Assembly: GCA_964016885.1 (NCBI GenBank)
Contig: OZ024754.1
Location: 33,418,001-33,482,000 of the forward strand
From: Eledone cirrhosa
Taxonomy: Eukaryota
Direction: 5' to 3'
DNA: 64,000 nucleotides
Shown: positions 17,932-31,422 of the stretch, piece after piece
Layout of the letters: each line of letters starts with the position of its first letter
Numbering within the stretch: the stretch's first letter is position 1
Program-made: the position numbers and the translations under genes
The notes under the pieces: model-generated
The model's input: the letters and a program-made list of their open reading frames with translations, nothing else
What the model was told of the DNA's origin: nothing
The model's database searches: none

Positions 17932-18068
17932 TATATATATACATGCCTGCATATATTTGTATATGTTTGTGATGTAAATTATCTTTTGAACTGATTGGTT
18001 TATATTTGCTTATTTAATATGTAGTTTTGTTATTATTATTATTATTGTTGTTGCTGTTGTTGTTGTTT

Positions 18069-18107
<39 letters not shown>

Positions 18108-18277
18108 TATTTCTTTACGAATATTTCATGCCAATTGGACAACAGCCTGAAGAGGTCAAGTCTTATAACACAGGTCTTCTGAAAATAAGATTTGACATCA
18201 TCAAAGAAATGCTCTCCTCAACAACTTCCGATCAATTTCCAGGAAACGAAGAACTCAATGGACTCATTGGAGCACCG

Positions 18278-18502
18278 CACCACCATCGCCACCACTAACA
18301 CCATCGCCAACACTAACGGCATCGCCGCCACCATCACCACCACTAACACCATCGCCACCATCACCATCACCACCACCACCACCACCACCACCATCACCAC
18401 CACCACCACCACCAGCACCACCACCACCATCACCACCATCACCACCACCACCTCCACCACAACCACCACCACCGTTACCACCACCACCACCACCACTACC
18501 AC
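18278..18502. repeat. (CAC)n trinucleotide repeat
   Basis: Directly visible. Confidence 0.95.
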
Positions 18503-18509
18503 ATCCTCT

Positions 18510-18638
18510 GTGTCCACTAGCAACACTTCCTATCAAATGTAGAGCTCGTTCGTGTCCCCCAGCAACATATCCTATCAAATGTAGAGCTTCTCCGTGTCCC
18601 CTAGCAACACTTCCTATCAGATGTAGAGATCCTTCGTG
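18510..18638. repeat. ~42-bp tandem repeat, 3 copies
   Basis: gtgtcc..agcaacacttcctatcaaatgtagag three times. Confidence 0.85.
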
Positions 18639-18659
18639 CTCGCTGGCACCCCTTCCATG

Positions 18660-18905
18660 CCGAGGTCTGCTCGCGTTGCAGCATCAAACCGATTGGGAAC
18701 GTTCTTCGCGGATGTCGACTGAGATGGTTTGGCCACGCACTTCGGTTGTCAACCGGTTGAATTCATCCGTGCAGCAGTCGATTCAGAACTACTTCAAGGA
18801 TGGCGCAAACGACGCAGTGGACACGTGAAAAAATATTAGCTACACACTGTGAAAAGCGACGTCAAAATCTACCTGGGCCCAAGTGTGTTCGGTACCCGCC
18901 GGTCG
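18660..18905 (+). mobile_element. RTE-like LINE remnant
   Basis: GCRLRWFGHALR followed by GWRKRRSG, matching the RL.W.GH..R motif downstream of RT. Confidence 0.6.
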
Positions 18906-19140
18906 CTCTCCGACAGGTTTGTTGTCGTACCCTTGGCAGTGGAGACTTCTGGTGTCCTCGGCCCTAGGGCTATCTCCCTACTCATCACCATAGGCGCTGA
19001 GGTGGCCAGCCGCAGGTGTGAGCCTCGCGAGTTGGAATGGCTTTTCCAGCGCATCTCCCTTGCCGTCCTCCGCAGAAACACCTTCCCCATTCTGTCCGCC
19101 GGGACTGTGGGGAGGCCACCAATATGATTGACTGACTTGT
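18906..19140 (+). mobile_element. CRE-clade non-LTR retrotransposon 3' fragment (RLE C-terminus)
   Basis: FVVVPLAVETSGVLGPRA..LL..IG...EPRE..WLFQRISLAVLRRN fits the CRE end motif P.A.ET.G..G..QR.S.A..R.N. Confidence 0.7.
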
Positions 19141-19467
19141 TTGTCTCACATATTTCGCAGAGTGATCTCAAACCCATAACAATGGAAACTTCTAAACACC
19201 ATCACAACCACCACCTCACAGTTATACTCGACGTTGGAATCGCGATTGGTTGGTCCTCACCGATTCAATTGCCTCCGATCGCCATGCGAGGTCTGCGTTC
19301 GTGAGAACCGCCATGAATTCCTTCGAAGGAGCCGTCTGAACCCACCCCCCACCCCACCCCTCTCCCAACCCCTCGGTTAACGCCACCACGAGTACAAGTA
19401 GTAAGTACGGCGGTTTCGATGGTAAATGTTCCAGTAGTTGGAGCAATGAAACATTCATTCCGCTGAT

Positions 19468-19673
19468 CAAATTAACATGTAAGTGGCTGAGCATTCTATA
19501 GATTCGTGTACCTTTAACGACATTCTCAGTGACATAGTTCGTGACATTCAACGTGACATAGTTCGTAGCAAAGCTGACCCTGTAAATTATAACTACCAAA
19601 TTTCACTCACAAGGTCAGGTCACTTGTCCAACATACCACGCAGTGGAATCGAACTTGGAACCTAATGATTAAG

Positions 19674-19675
<2 letters not shown>
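19468..19675 (-). mobile_element. Decayed tRNA-head SINE (third family)
   Basis: Similar to 28165-28630 and 52880-52960 (aagtggctgagcattc..gtgaca..ggaatcgaac). Confidence 0.6.
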
Positions 19676-19705
<30 letters not shown>

Positions 19706-19876
19706 CTTAACGTTTGTACACACATGTATGAAACTTTACACACACATACATCATACACACACATTCACACACACACAATTATTGCTATTTCCTCCTGTTC
19801 ACATTCATTTACCCTCTCTCTCTATCTATCTATATATATATATATATATTCACACACCGACACACACGCGCACACA

Positions 19877-19907
<31 letters not shown>

Positions 19908-20154
19908 GCGTAAACACTTTACTTTTAACAAAACTTTATTCTGCACAGATTTATCCATCTAACGCTCTATCCCCCCCCCAAACACACTCACACACACATA
20001 CACTCACCCTGCACGCACACACACCCACGCACACACACACTTTATTTCAAACACATCCATTTATCCCTGCCCCCCCCCACACACACACAATCATATACAT
20101 AAACACAAACACAATTAAAGACACATATATACACACAAACACAAGCACACAAAG

Positions 20155-20194
<40 letters not shown>

Positions 20195-20479
20195 GCACAA
20201 CACACTTTACTTTTAACAGATCTACTAATCTCTCCCACACATACACATTCACACACAAACACACACACATAGAGGCACACACACAAACACACTTCACTTT
20301 TAAAATATTTATCTCTCCCACACACACACACACACATCATACTCACAAACACACACACGCACACACACATACACATACACACAAACAAACACACTTTTAA
20401 TAACACTTTATTCAACACACATTTTTAATCTCCCTATCTGTCTGTCTATCTGTCTATCTCTCCAGTTTCTTTCATTATT

Positions 20480-20595
<116 letters not shown>

Positions 20596-21019
20596 ATACA
20601 CACACAGACATTCACAATTTTTTCTCTTCTTTTATCGTCTGATAGAAACATTCTTTTTTTCTTTTCAGTTCTCGCACCAGTGCACAGCACGTGTTCATAA
20701 ACGAGATTTGATGACCGGAGGCGAGAAACCTTGCCAGACAAGAGTTGGCAATTTCTTGACTAAATTATAAAGAAATGCTGTCCATATATCTTTGACTAAC
20801 ATGGCTTCTTCAATTCGTAGATTATCTGAGAAAATGGTTGCTTGGCTTGTTACTTCGATGAATAGTTCGTTGGCTGGTTGGCTGATTAGATGACTGCTTC
20901 GTTTGGAGGTACTTTTCCTTTTCTTTTTCCTTTACTCTCGTACTCTAGTTGGCTAAGTTTGTTGACCGGTTTGTTGGCTGTTTGTTTAGTATTGTTGTTG
21001 TTGTTATTGTTGTTGACGT

Positions 21020-21413
21020 GTGAGGGCAGTGGGTTGGCAGAATCGGTAGAGCGTCGGATAACATGCTTTGCAGCATAGAATTATGGCCCCCTTACGGTCT
21101 GAGTTCAAATCCCGCCGGGGTTAACTTTGCTTTTCTTCCTTACGGGGTCGATAAAATAAAGTACCAGTAATGCACTGGGGTCAAATCAATCGACTTTCCC
21201 ATCCCATAAAGTTGTTGGCCTAAATCAGGGCAGTATCGGTAGAGAGTCGGACGCCATGCTTTGACGTATAGAGTTACGGCCCTTGCCATTCTGGGTTCAA
21301 ATCCCGCCGAGGTTAACTTTGCCTTTCATCCTTACGGGGGTCGATAAAATAAAGTACCAGTAATGCACTGGGTAATTGCTGGCCTTGTGCCTAAAAATAG
21401 AAACAATTATTAT
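21020..21413 (+). mobile_element. Two tandem Meta-domain SINEs
   Basis: A/B boxes and Meta-like domain present twice. Confidence 0.85.
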
Positions 21414-21417
<4 letters not shown>

Positions 21418-21449
<32 letters not shown>

Positions 21450-21707
21450 CTGTGTGTGTGTGTGTGTCTGTGTGTGTCTGTGTGTGTGTCTGTGTGTGTG
21501 TCTGTGTGTGTGTGTCTGTGTGTGTCTGGGTGTGTGTGTGTGTCTGTGTGTGTGTGTGTGTGTGTGTGTCTGTGTGTGTGTGTGTCTGTGTGTCTGTGTG
21601 TGTGTGTGTGTGTCTGTCTGTGTGTGTGTCTCTGTGTGTCTGGATGTGTGTGTGTGTCTGTGTGTGTGTGTGTGTGTGTGTCTGTGTGTATGTCTGTGTG
21701 TGCGTGT

Positions 21708-21739
<32 letters not shown>

Positions 21740-21740
21740 C
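21418..21740. repeat. (GT)n/(GTCT) microsatellite
   Basis: Directly visible. Confidence 0.95.
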
Positions 21741-21862
21741 TTATTCGTAACCAATTCGTCTTTTTTGTGCAGACATTTTATATACAGACTACATTCTATA
21801 CTGAGTGGAAGTGTGTGATCTCGTGATTAGAATGTCGGGCTTGCGATCATAAGATCATGCAT

Positions 21863-22093
21863 ATATTATATATAGTCGATCGACTTTCGTCATATCGGAC
21901 CGAGGAAACAATGTTTCCGTTGATCTTTCCAATTGCTAATACTATCTATCGGCTGCAACTCCAGGTAGAAGGAACAACGTGAAATAAAGTGTCTTGCTCA
22001 AGGACATAAAGTATCGCCCAAACCAGGAATCGAACTTACAACCTCACGATTGTGAATCCAATTCTCTTACCACTCAGCCATGCGCCTTCACTG
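21863..22093 (-). mobile_element. CORE-type tRNA SINE with 11-bp TSD, nested in an older CORE SINE (21806-22165, +)
   Basis: Reverse complement of 36610-36830; agatcatgcat duplicated at 21852-21862 and 22094-22104. Confidence 0.85.
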
Positions 22094-22462
22094 AGATCAT
22101 GCATTTGATTCCTAAACTAGATATCATTTTATGTTCTTGAGCAAGTCACTTCATTTCATGTTGCTTTTCACGATAGGGTTGGGGCCTTTGTCATTAAAAC
22201 CTCCTATCAGATGTAACCTCGTGGAGAGCCAGTTGAACCTGACGAGATTTGAGCTTGAAATTTCATTTCTCATTATCCAATGTTACGTTATTTTTAAGAT
22301 GACGATGTGTGATTTGAGGGAGATTTGGCTATAATAGTCTGACACCGTAGTTACTTCAACGGTTGATACAGTTAGATCACCAATTCTCTGTAACATAATA
22401 TCTAGGATATGGAAACAAGGTACATTGAATTATATAAATATTTTAGCGAATCCATCTCTAAT

Positions 22463-22650
22463 ATTGTTTCTACGTTTGGCTCAAGGCCAGCAATTATCCC
22501 AGTGCATTACTGGTACTTTATTTTATCGACCCCGTAAGGGTGAAAGGCAAAGTTAACCTCGACGGGATTTGAACTCAGACCGTAAAGGGATGTAACTATG
22601 TTAGAAAGCATGGCGTCGGACTCTCTACCGATACTGCCAATCCACGGTCT
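22463..22650 (-). mobile_element. Meta-domain SINE
   Basis: Full consensus on the minus strand. Confidence 0.85.
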
Positions 22651-23316
22651 CTTATAATATCGATTCATCTTCTGCACTATTGCAGTTTTTAAAAGGTTAG
22701 ACGTGCAATAAGTCTGCTTTCTTATCTTATTTGCCAGTGGTCCCTTCCAACTCCAAATTCGAATTTAGAACCTTTTCACTACTGTTTGAAGAACCCCTCC
22801 CCGGTTGACCTCCACCGCTTTTGACGTGGGCCATGTCTTCAGAGTTGTAGGCGTATTCACCACGCCCGGCCAATTGCGGTTTGGGGAAGCTCTTTTTACC
22901 CATAGTGGTTCCTTCACTTTGAGAAATTGGGAAAAAACAATATCGTTCTACTGGCATCCGGCCTACTGTGTTATCTATACAGGTGTTGCAGTTAACATGT
23001 TTCCCTCTCCAAACTTCATCCACTAATATAAGGGTCATTTGCGTTGCGACGCACGTATTCCAAATTTCAAAAGTTCCCAATGCTTCTTAAATAAAAATCA
23101 TGTTTACACTTGTAGCTACAGGTTTTTAATCTTCTAAAAAGTCTGAATTAGTGGCTAGTGCCTCTTTGGCGTCCTTGAGATATGGAGTTTCATTCAACAC
23201 AAACGCCTCAGTTCATATATTCTGTCTCCGATTTTCCTATCTATTATTTATAGTGATCGACTATAATTTGTGTTGGCACGCTCACATTTCAAATTATATA
23301 TATATATATATATATA

Positions 23317-23526
23317 TAGGAACCAGTAAGACCCCGACAGCTGAGCTCAAGCCGTTTCGACGGCTAATTCTGGACTAAAATGATTTTAGTTCAGAATTAG
23401 CCGTCGAAACGGCTTGAGCTCAGCTGTCGGGGTCTTACTGGTTCCTATTACCCACTCTACTACCTCAAGTATTGAGTACTTTGGTGCGTTATGGTCCACC
23501 TGGTTCCTTACCACATTTCCTTCGTT
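23317..23526 (+). mobile_element. PLE pLTR fold-back, family C copy 1
   Basis: Palindrome 23317-23447 plus 79-bp tail; in (TA)n; 3' half of an HHR (GAAAC-GGCT..AGCTGTC). Confidence 0.75.
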
Positions 23527-23547
23527 ATATATATATATATATATGTA

Positions 23548-24443
23548 CGAGGTGTGCCAGAAAAGTTCCAGGACTGATGTCACAAAAGATTTATTTCAAA
23601 CCCAAACTTCACACTAAGAGTGTTCTCCTTCAAAGTAATCCCCCTGGAGTATGTAACTGTAATCTTAGCTCTCTGCAGCGATCAAACATTTTTCTTCATA
23701 ATTGTATATACGTGTCCTCTGTTTCAGGTCGTCAAGCAATGAGCACAGAGCAACGAACAAACTTGAAGTTTCTGGTACGGTTGGGGAAAACTCAGCTGCA
23801 GCAAGTGTATGGAGATGAGATGATGTCACGCTCACGTGTTTTTGAGTGGTGCAAGAGGTTTAAAGAAAGACGCGAGGGCGTGGAAGATGACCCCAGGAGT
23901 GGAAGGCCCTCAACAACCAGGACTGAGGTCAGCGTTGAGCCCGTCAGGCAGATGGTGCGTAACGATCGTCGGCTGACTCTTCGACTGATGGCAAATGAGC
24001 TGGGCATGAATCCAGACAGCGTCTTGAAGATTCTCACTGAAGATTGGCCCATGCGGAAAGTCTGCGCGAAGATGGTGCCAAAACTGCTGAACGATGACCA
24101 GAAGGGTCGACGCATGCAAGTGTGCCAGGACATCCTCGAGCGTCTTGAAACCGAACCAGACCTGCTAGGGACAGTCATCACCGGTGATGAGTCATGGATC
24201 TTCGATTACGACCCGAAGGGGAACCGTTTTGAAGACGTGGACGACATCGAAAGGCCCTGACGACGGAACTGCGGAGGATCCCGGAAGAATCCTTCCAGGA
24301 GTGCATGCAAGCGTGGCAGAAAAGGATGGAAAAGTGCATTAGACTCCAGGGGGATTACTTTGAAGGAGAAAACTCTTAGTGTGAAGTTTGGGTTTGAAAT
24401 AAATCTTTTGTGACCTCAGTCCTGGAACTTTTGACACACCTCG
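23548..24443 (+). mobile_element. Internally deleted mariner transposon with TA TSD and ~70-bp TIRs
   Basis: TA|cgaggtgtg..aaaagttccaggactga and tcagtcctggaacttttgacacacctcg|TA; transposase inside. Confidence 0.95.
23739..24379 (+). pseudogene. Mariner transposase, catalytic core deleted and frameshifted
   Basis: MSTEQRTNLKF..DDPRSGRP..MVPKLL..ITGDESWIFDYDP fused directly to KGNRFEDVDDI; shifted tail RMEKCIRLQGDYFEG. Confidence 0.92.
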
Positions 24444-24480
<37 letters not shown>

Positions 24481-24633
24481 ATCCAGGGAGTGTAACGTGA
24501 AGTTACTGTAGGTTCACCCAGGTGAGCACTCGATGTTTAGGTTCACGTCTGTAATGAGGTGTAGAGCTAAACGGAGTGTATATATAATAATACAACGGCG
24601 ATTTGTTAAGCTTTCATTACATTTATTGATTGG

Positions 24634-24780
24634 CGTCTCGCTATTGATCAGCTCAAGGTTCGATCTGTATCGATCTGACCCGATTCTGTAATCACATCGA
24701 CAGAGGTCTGACGAGCTTTTGATTCCAAAGTCGGGTCAGATCGATACAGATCGAACTTTGAGCCGATCAATAGCGAAACG
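24634..24780. repeat. Fold-back hairpin / MITE-like element with ~60-bp arms
   Basis: cgtctcgctattgatcagctcaaggttcgatctgtatcgatctgacccga pairs with tcgggtcagatcgatacagatcgaactttgagccgatcaatagcgaaacg. Confidence 0.8.
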
Positions 24781-24838
24781 AGCGTCACCAATCACTAACC
24801 GTGATGAAGGCTGAACAAGTCATCCTTGTATTATATAT

Positions 24839-24990
<152 letters not shown>

Positions 24991-25102
24991 TTAAAAAAAA
25001 ACAATATGTTTAAAGAAATGACAGCACAAACATAAGGGTGCAAAAACACAGAGGAGGATTGGACATTTCGGACGTAAGTCTATCGTCAGGAAAGGTAGAA
25101 TT

Positions 25103-25158
<56 letters not shown>

Positions 25159-25379
25159 AACAGAATGGAACATTTTTAAATGTTAAAAAGTACATAGCTA
25201 ATAAGAAGAACTCAATATATATATAGGGAGAGAGAGAGCGTATATATAGTTAATGGATGTATATATAAATATATGTGTGTGTGTGTGTGGAGGCTGTGCC
25301 GTGACATGACCGCAGTTCAACGAAAATGTGTAATACATATACATGTGTCCATGTCTATGAGTGTGTATGACTGTGTGTA

Positions 25380-25473
<94 letters not shown>

Positions 25474-25753
25474 TCTCAACATGTTTGTCTATGTATGTGT
25501 GAGCGAGTGTTTACATGTGTGTGTGTAAATGTTTGTCTTTATAAAACAAGTGCAATAAAGGCAACCTTTAAAATGCTGTTGAGCGACTAGAGGAGTTTAA
25601 AGTCCCTGCAGGGGGGTAACGAGGACCGGGGCAACTTAATTAACTGAGTTGCACTACCCAGCGGCACATTGGTTTACAGAAACACATTCAGTATATGTGT
25701 CGGAGTGAGTAGATGTATAGTTGTGTATGTATGTATGTATGTATGTGAGTATG

Positions 25754-25900
<147 letters not shown>

Positions 25901-25962
25901 ATGTGTGTGTGTGTATATATGTACATACACACATATACATGCATACATACACACACACAGAC

Positions 25963-25993
<31 letters not shown>

Positions 25994-26530
25994 GATATAC
26001 ATATATATATACACATATACATACATATATATACTTATATACATACATAGATATACTTATATACATACATATATACATACATATATACATACATATATAT
26101 ATACATATATATACACATATATACATATATATATATACATACATGTGTACATATATATACATATACATAAATATACATATACATATATATATACATATAT
26201 ATATATACATCTATATACATAATTATATATACATATATATATATACAAATACATATATATGTACATACTCCTTATTCTTAAACAACTCATTGAGAAATTA
26301 TATATGTACATATATATATACATATAATTATATACATATATATATACATATATATATATACATATATATATACATATACATATAAATGTACATATATATA
26401 TATACATATATATATGTACATATATATATATATATACATGCATACACTCGGGGACACACACACATATATATGTGTGTGTATGTGCGTGTGTGCGTATATA
26501 TATATACATATACATATATATATATCTATT

Positions 26531-26571
<41 letters not shown>

Positions 26572-27357
26572 ATCTATCTATCTATCTATCTCTCTCTCTC
26601 TCTATATATATATATATACATACATATATATATACATATATTGTGGATTCGGAGGTTTACACATGAATTTGCTTGAGTGGAGATATGCGTATATCTGTGT
26701 GTGTGTATGTATTGTTGCAGTATGTGTGTATGTATAGGTGCAGCATATGTGTATGTATGTACAGCATATGTGTATGTATATGTACAGCATATGTGTATTA
26801 ATATAAATACAGCATATGTGCATGTATATCTTCTGTATGTGTACACGTGTGGAGATGCTTATTACTTTATTAAAATATTAAGGTGAAGCTATTTTTGATT
26901 AATTTAATCATGGAACCCAATAGTTTCTCAATAAAAACATGGTATTAACCCTCTCCAGTTCAGAACTTTCTATGGTATTGATTCTCTGCTTCTAGCTGTT
27001 TTTACTCGTAACGAAAATGCTTCGCAAATTCCTTGTTTACCGTTTCCACACATCATTACCGAATAATTTTGAAAAATACGAAGAAAATATAATGGACAGC
27101 CGACCCTATCGTAGATAACTGTTCCAATTCAATTTGAGAGGTTGGGGAAGATCACGAGATTAGACATCAAAATCTTTGGTAATTTCGCTCCAAAATTCGG
27201 GAGTGCCATGGTTCCCTCAGTTTTTGTTGTCAAGTTCAAAGTATAATTTGATAGGCTGATCAGATCACGTGATCGGGCAACGAGTTTGGTCGGACTTTCG
27301 CGACAAAAAAAAACTATGTATAGTAGCAATACCAATTAGTCTTCTTGTATCTAATCA

Positions 27358-27682
<325 letters not shown>

Positions 27683-27686
<4 letters not shown>

Positions 27687-27882
27687 AACCACTAAGACCC
27701 CGACGGCTGAGCTCAAGCCGTTTCGACGGCTAATTCTGGACGCAGTCCAGAATTAGCCGTCGAAACGGCTTGAGCTCAGCCGTCGGGGTCTTACTGGTTC
27801 CTATTACCCACTCTACTACCCCAAGTATTGAGTACTTTGGTGCGTTATGGTCCACCTGGTTCCTTACCACATTTCCTTCGTT
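27683..27882 (+). mobile_element. PLE pLTR fold-back, family C copy 2
   Basis: Palindrome 27683-27803 plus the same tail as copy 1. Confidence 0.75.
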
Positions 27883-28358
27883 ATATATATATATATATAT
27901 ATAGACAAGTATGAAAAAAATACACTCTTGACAGGTGCAATGTGTCCGAACCCGGAAGACGGAAGAGCCGAATTCCCACTGTCATCGTCGCCATCTCGCT
28001 CGCCCTCTCCATCTCTCTGTGTAGTGAGCTAATGGGGTTCCACGTTCTGGCCGCCCCACGACCCCAGAGGACAGAATGGAGGAGCTGTTTCCCCGGAGGA
28101 TGGTAAGGGAGATGCGCTGGAGGAGCCATTCCAATTTTTCAATCAACAGAACAACCTGGTCACGAAATTAACGTGCAAGTGGCTGAATATTCCACAGACA
28201 CGTGCGCCCACAACGTAATTCACTAGAAGATTCTGCGTGACACAGTGTGTATGTCAAAGCTGGCCCTTTCAAGTAAAGGTACAGTCCATCGAACGAGCCA
28301 CCATTACAATATCCTTATACCCAATTCTACTCACAAGGCATGGGTCAACTCAAATCTA

Positions 28359-28539
28359 ACGTATTTCCCGGCGTCGAAGACGCTTCTTTTTTCCTAAGAT
28401 AAATCTCAAAAATCTACCAAATCTACCATTGCATTTTTTTTCATTATTATTTTTTTTTTTTTTTTTTTTTCAAATTTTTGGTTGTCAAAATTAGGGTGCA
28501 TCCTAGAGGATGAAGCGTCTTCGGCGCCGGGAAATGCGT
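28359..28539. mobile_element. Tc1/mariner-superfamily MITE inserted in a SINE
   Basis: TA|acgtatttcccggcgtcgaagacgcttc ... gaagcgtcttcggcgccgggaaatgcgt|TA. Confidence 0.85.
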
Positions 28540-28766
28540 TATGTTAAATTACATTTTCCCAAGATGCCGCGCAGTAGGATCGAACCATGGACCTAATGAT
28601 TACGAAGTGAACTTGTTAACCTTTCAGCCATGTTGTTTCTATGAAAAATGAGAAATGGTTGATTAATTTTTTTCTTTTTTTTATAACTCTCATTTCCCAC
28701 CCTAACCACTAGGGTAAATGACCCCTAAATTTCAATGCCGATTGCGAAAGTCAAAACGATCTTTAA

Positions 28767-28986
28767 CCCTTTACCATTTACATTACTCTATATTTACTAT
28801 TGTATTTTCATGGTAAAGGCTTTACCTCACTTAATATCTCACATAATATTGAATCTATGACATTTCGATGTCATTTATGTTGAGAACAATACCTTAATAT
28901 CAGTATGAGTGGCCGGTTACGACCAGTTTGAACAGAAAAAGGCGAGAGAATTCTGGCCGGATATGGCCGGTTTAAATGCTAAAGGG
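28767..28986. mobile_element. TTAA-specific (piggyBac-type) MITE
   Basis: TTAA|cccttta.catt ... aatgctaaaggg|TTAA; second copy at 51672-51888. Confidence 0.85.
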
Positions 28987-29074
28987 TTAAGAGAAGTGAT
29001 AGTGGATATTTTTAGATGTTTAAATCAAGTCTAGAATTTGTCCAACTTAGCATAGAATTTGTTTTTATTATATA

Positions 29075-29110
29075 CTAGCAGAATGGCCCGGCGTTGCTCG
29101 GGATTTGCTC
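29075..29110 (-). mobile_element. Helitron-like 3' terminus
   Basis: Minus strand cccgagcaacgccggg hairpin followed by ccattctgCTAG|t. Confidence 0.6.
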
Positions 29111-29245
29111 TAGGAGTCTTATATATTTTATATATATTTATCCTTATCGAGCCTCGAGAAATAAATACGTTTGTTTATATTTTGTTATTTTGTATGCCAA
29201 AATATCTGTACACGTATATTTAATTATATATATATATATATATAT

Positions 29246-29289
<44 letters not shown>

Positions 29290-29297
<8 letters not shown>

Positions 29298-29410
29298 TAA
29301 CAGATTAAAGTTTAAGCAAAGAATCGCTGCTTTCACCCATAACGGGATCTTCTGAAACTAAAAAAAATCAATCTGTGAACGCAGAAGTAAATATTTCGAA
29401 AAACGTTACA
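29290..29410 (-). mobile_element. PLE pLTR family D, tail-less single copy
   Basis: Matches 55781-55900; HHR-like motif at 29309-29359. Confidence 0.8.
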
Positions 29411-29443
29411 CACTATATATATATACACACACACTATATATAC

Positions 29444-29476
<33 letters not shown>

Positions 29477-29528
29477 GCTACGTCATAATGTCGTAATGCA
29501 GACAGCCAGGCATACAGACAGATATTAT

Positions 29529-31422
29529 ATGTGTGTCTGTGTATGTATGTGTCTCTATGTGTATGTCTGTATGTGTGTGTATGTGTGTGTGTGTATGTAT
29601 GTGTCTCTATGTGTATGTCTGTATGTGTGTGTCTGTGTATGTATGTGTGTGTGTGTGTGTGTGTATGTATGTGTCTCTATGTGTATGTATGTATGTATGT
29701 GTGTGTCTGTGTATGTATGTGTCTCTATGTGTATGTCTGTATGTGTACGTCAGTATATGTATGTAGTCTGTGTGTGTGTGTATGTATGTGTCTCTATGTG
29801 CATGTATGTATGTGTGTGTCTGTGTATGTATGTATGTGTCTGTGTATGTATGTGTCTCTATGTGTATGTATGTATGTGTGTGTCTGTGTATGTGTGTGTG
29901 TGTCTGTGTATGTATGTGTCTCTATGTGTATGTCTGTATGTGTCTCTATGTGTATGTCTGTATGTGTGTGTCTATGTCTGTATGTGTCTCTATGTGTATG
30001 TATGTATGTGTGTGTCTGTGTATGTATGTGTCTCTATGTGTATGTCTGTATGTGTGCGTCTGTATATGTATGTAGTCTGTATGTGTATGTCTGTGTATGT
30101 ATGTGTCTCTATGTGTATGTCTGTATGTGTGTGTCTGTGTATGTGTGTGTGTGTCTGTGTATGTATGTGTCTCTATGTGTATGTCTGTATGTGTGTGTCT
30201 GTGTATGTGTGTGTGTGTCTGTGTATGTATGTGTCTCTATGTGTATGTCTGTATGTGTCTCTATGTGTATGTATGTATGTGTGTGTCTATGTCTGTATGT
30301 GTCTCTATGTGTATGTATGTATGTGTGTGTCTGTGTATGTATGTGTCTCTATGTGTATGTCTGTATGTGTGTGTCTGTGTATGTGTGTGTCTGTGTATGT
30401 ATGTGTGTGTCTGTGTATGTATGTGTCTCTATGTGCATGTATGTGTGTGTCTGTGTATGTATGTGTCTCTATGTGTATGTCTGTATGTATGTGTATGTAT
30501 GTATGTATGTGTCTCTATGTGTATGTATGTATGTGTGTGTCTGTGTATGTATGTGTGTGTCTGTGTCTCTATGTGTATGTCTGTGTGTATGTGTATGTAT
30601 GTATGTATGTATGTGTCTCTATGTGTATGTATGTATGTGTGTGTCTGTGTATGTATGTGTGTGTCTGTGTCTCTATGTGTATGTCTGTGTGTATGTGTAT
30701 GTATGTATGTATGTGTCTCTATGTGTATGTATGTATGTGTGTGTCTGTGTATGTATGTGTGTGTCTGTGTCTCTATGTGTATGTCTGTGTGTATGTGTAT
30801 GTATGTATGTATGTGTCTCTATGTGTATGTATGTATGTGTGTGTCTGTGTCTCTATGTGTATGTCTGTGTGTATGTGTATGTATGTATGTATGTGTCTCT
30901 ATGTGTATGTATGTATGTGTATGTATGTGTCTCTATGTGTATGTCTGTATGTATGTGTATGTATGTATGTATGTATGTGTCTCTATGTGTATGTATGTAT
31001 GTATGTGTGTGTGTATGTATGTGTGTGTCTGTGTCTCTATGTGTATGTCTGTGTGTATGTGTATGTATGTATGTATGTGTCTCTATGTGTATGTATGTAT
31101 GTATGTGTGTGTCTGTGTATGTATGTGTGTGTCTGTGTCTCTATGTGTATGTCTGTGTGTATGTGTATGTATGTATGTATGTATGTGTCTCTATGTGTAT
31201 GTATGTATGTGTGTGTCTGTGTATGTATGTGTCTCTATGTGTATATGTCTGTATGTATGTGTATGTATGTATGTATGTGTCTCTATGTGTATGTATGTAT
31301 GTGTGTGTCTGTGTATGTATGTGTGTGTCTGTGTCTCTATGTGTATGTCTGTGTGAATGTGTATGTATGTATGTATGTATGTGTCTCTATGTGTATGTAT
31401 GTATGTATGTGTGTGTGTGTGT
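29529..31422. repeat. Complex (TATG)/(TG)/(TCTC) satellite
   Basis: Recurring gtgtctctatgtgtatgt cassette. Confidence 0.95.

Noticed and set aside
18146-18210. CTGAAGA followed by a 12-bp hairpin
   Set aside because: GAAA is not adjacent to the stem and there is no stem III.
19893-19910. (CG)n run, potential Z-DNA
   Set aside because: Short derivative of the adjacent (CA)n tract with no evidence of function.
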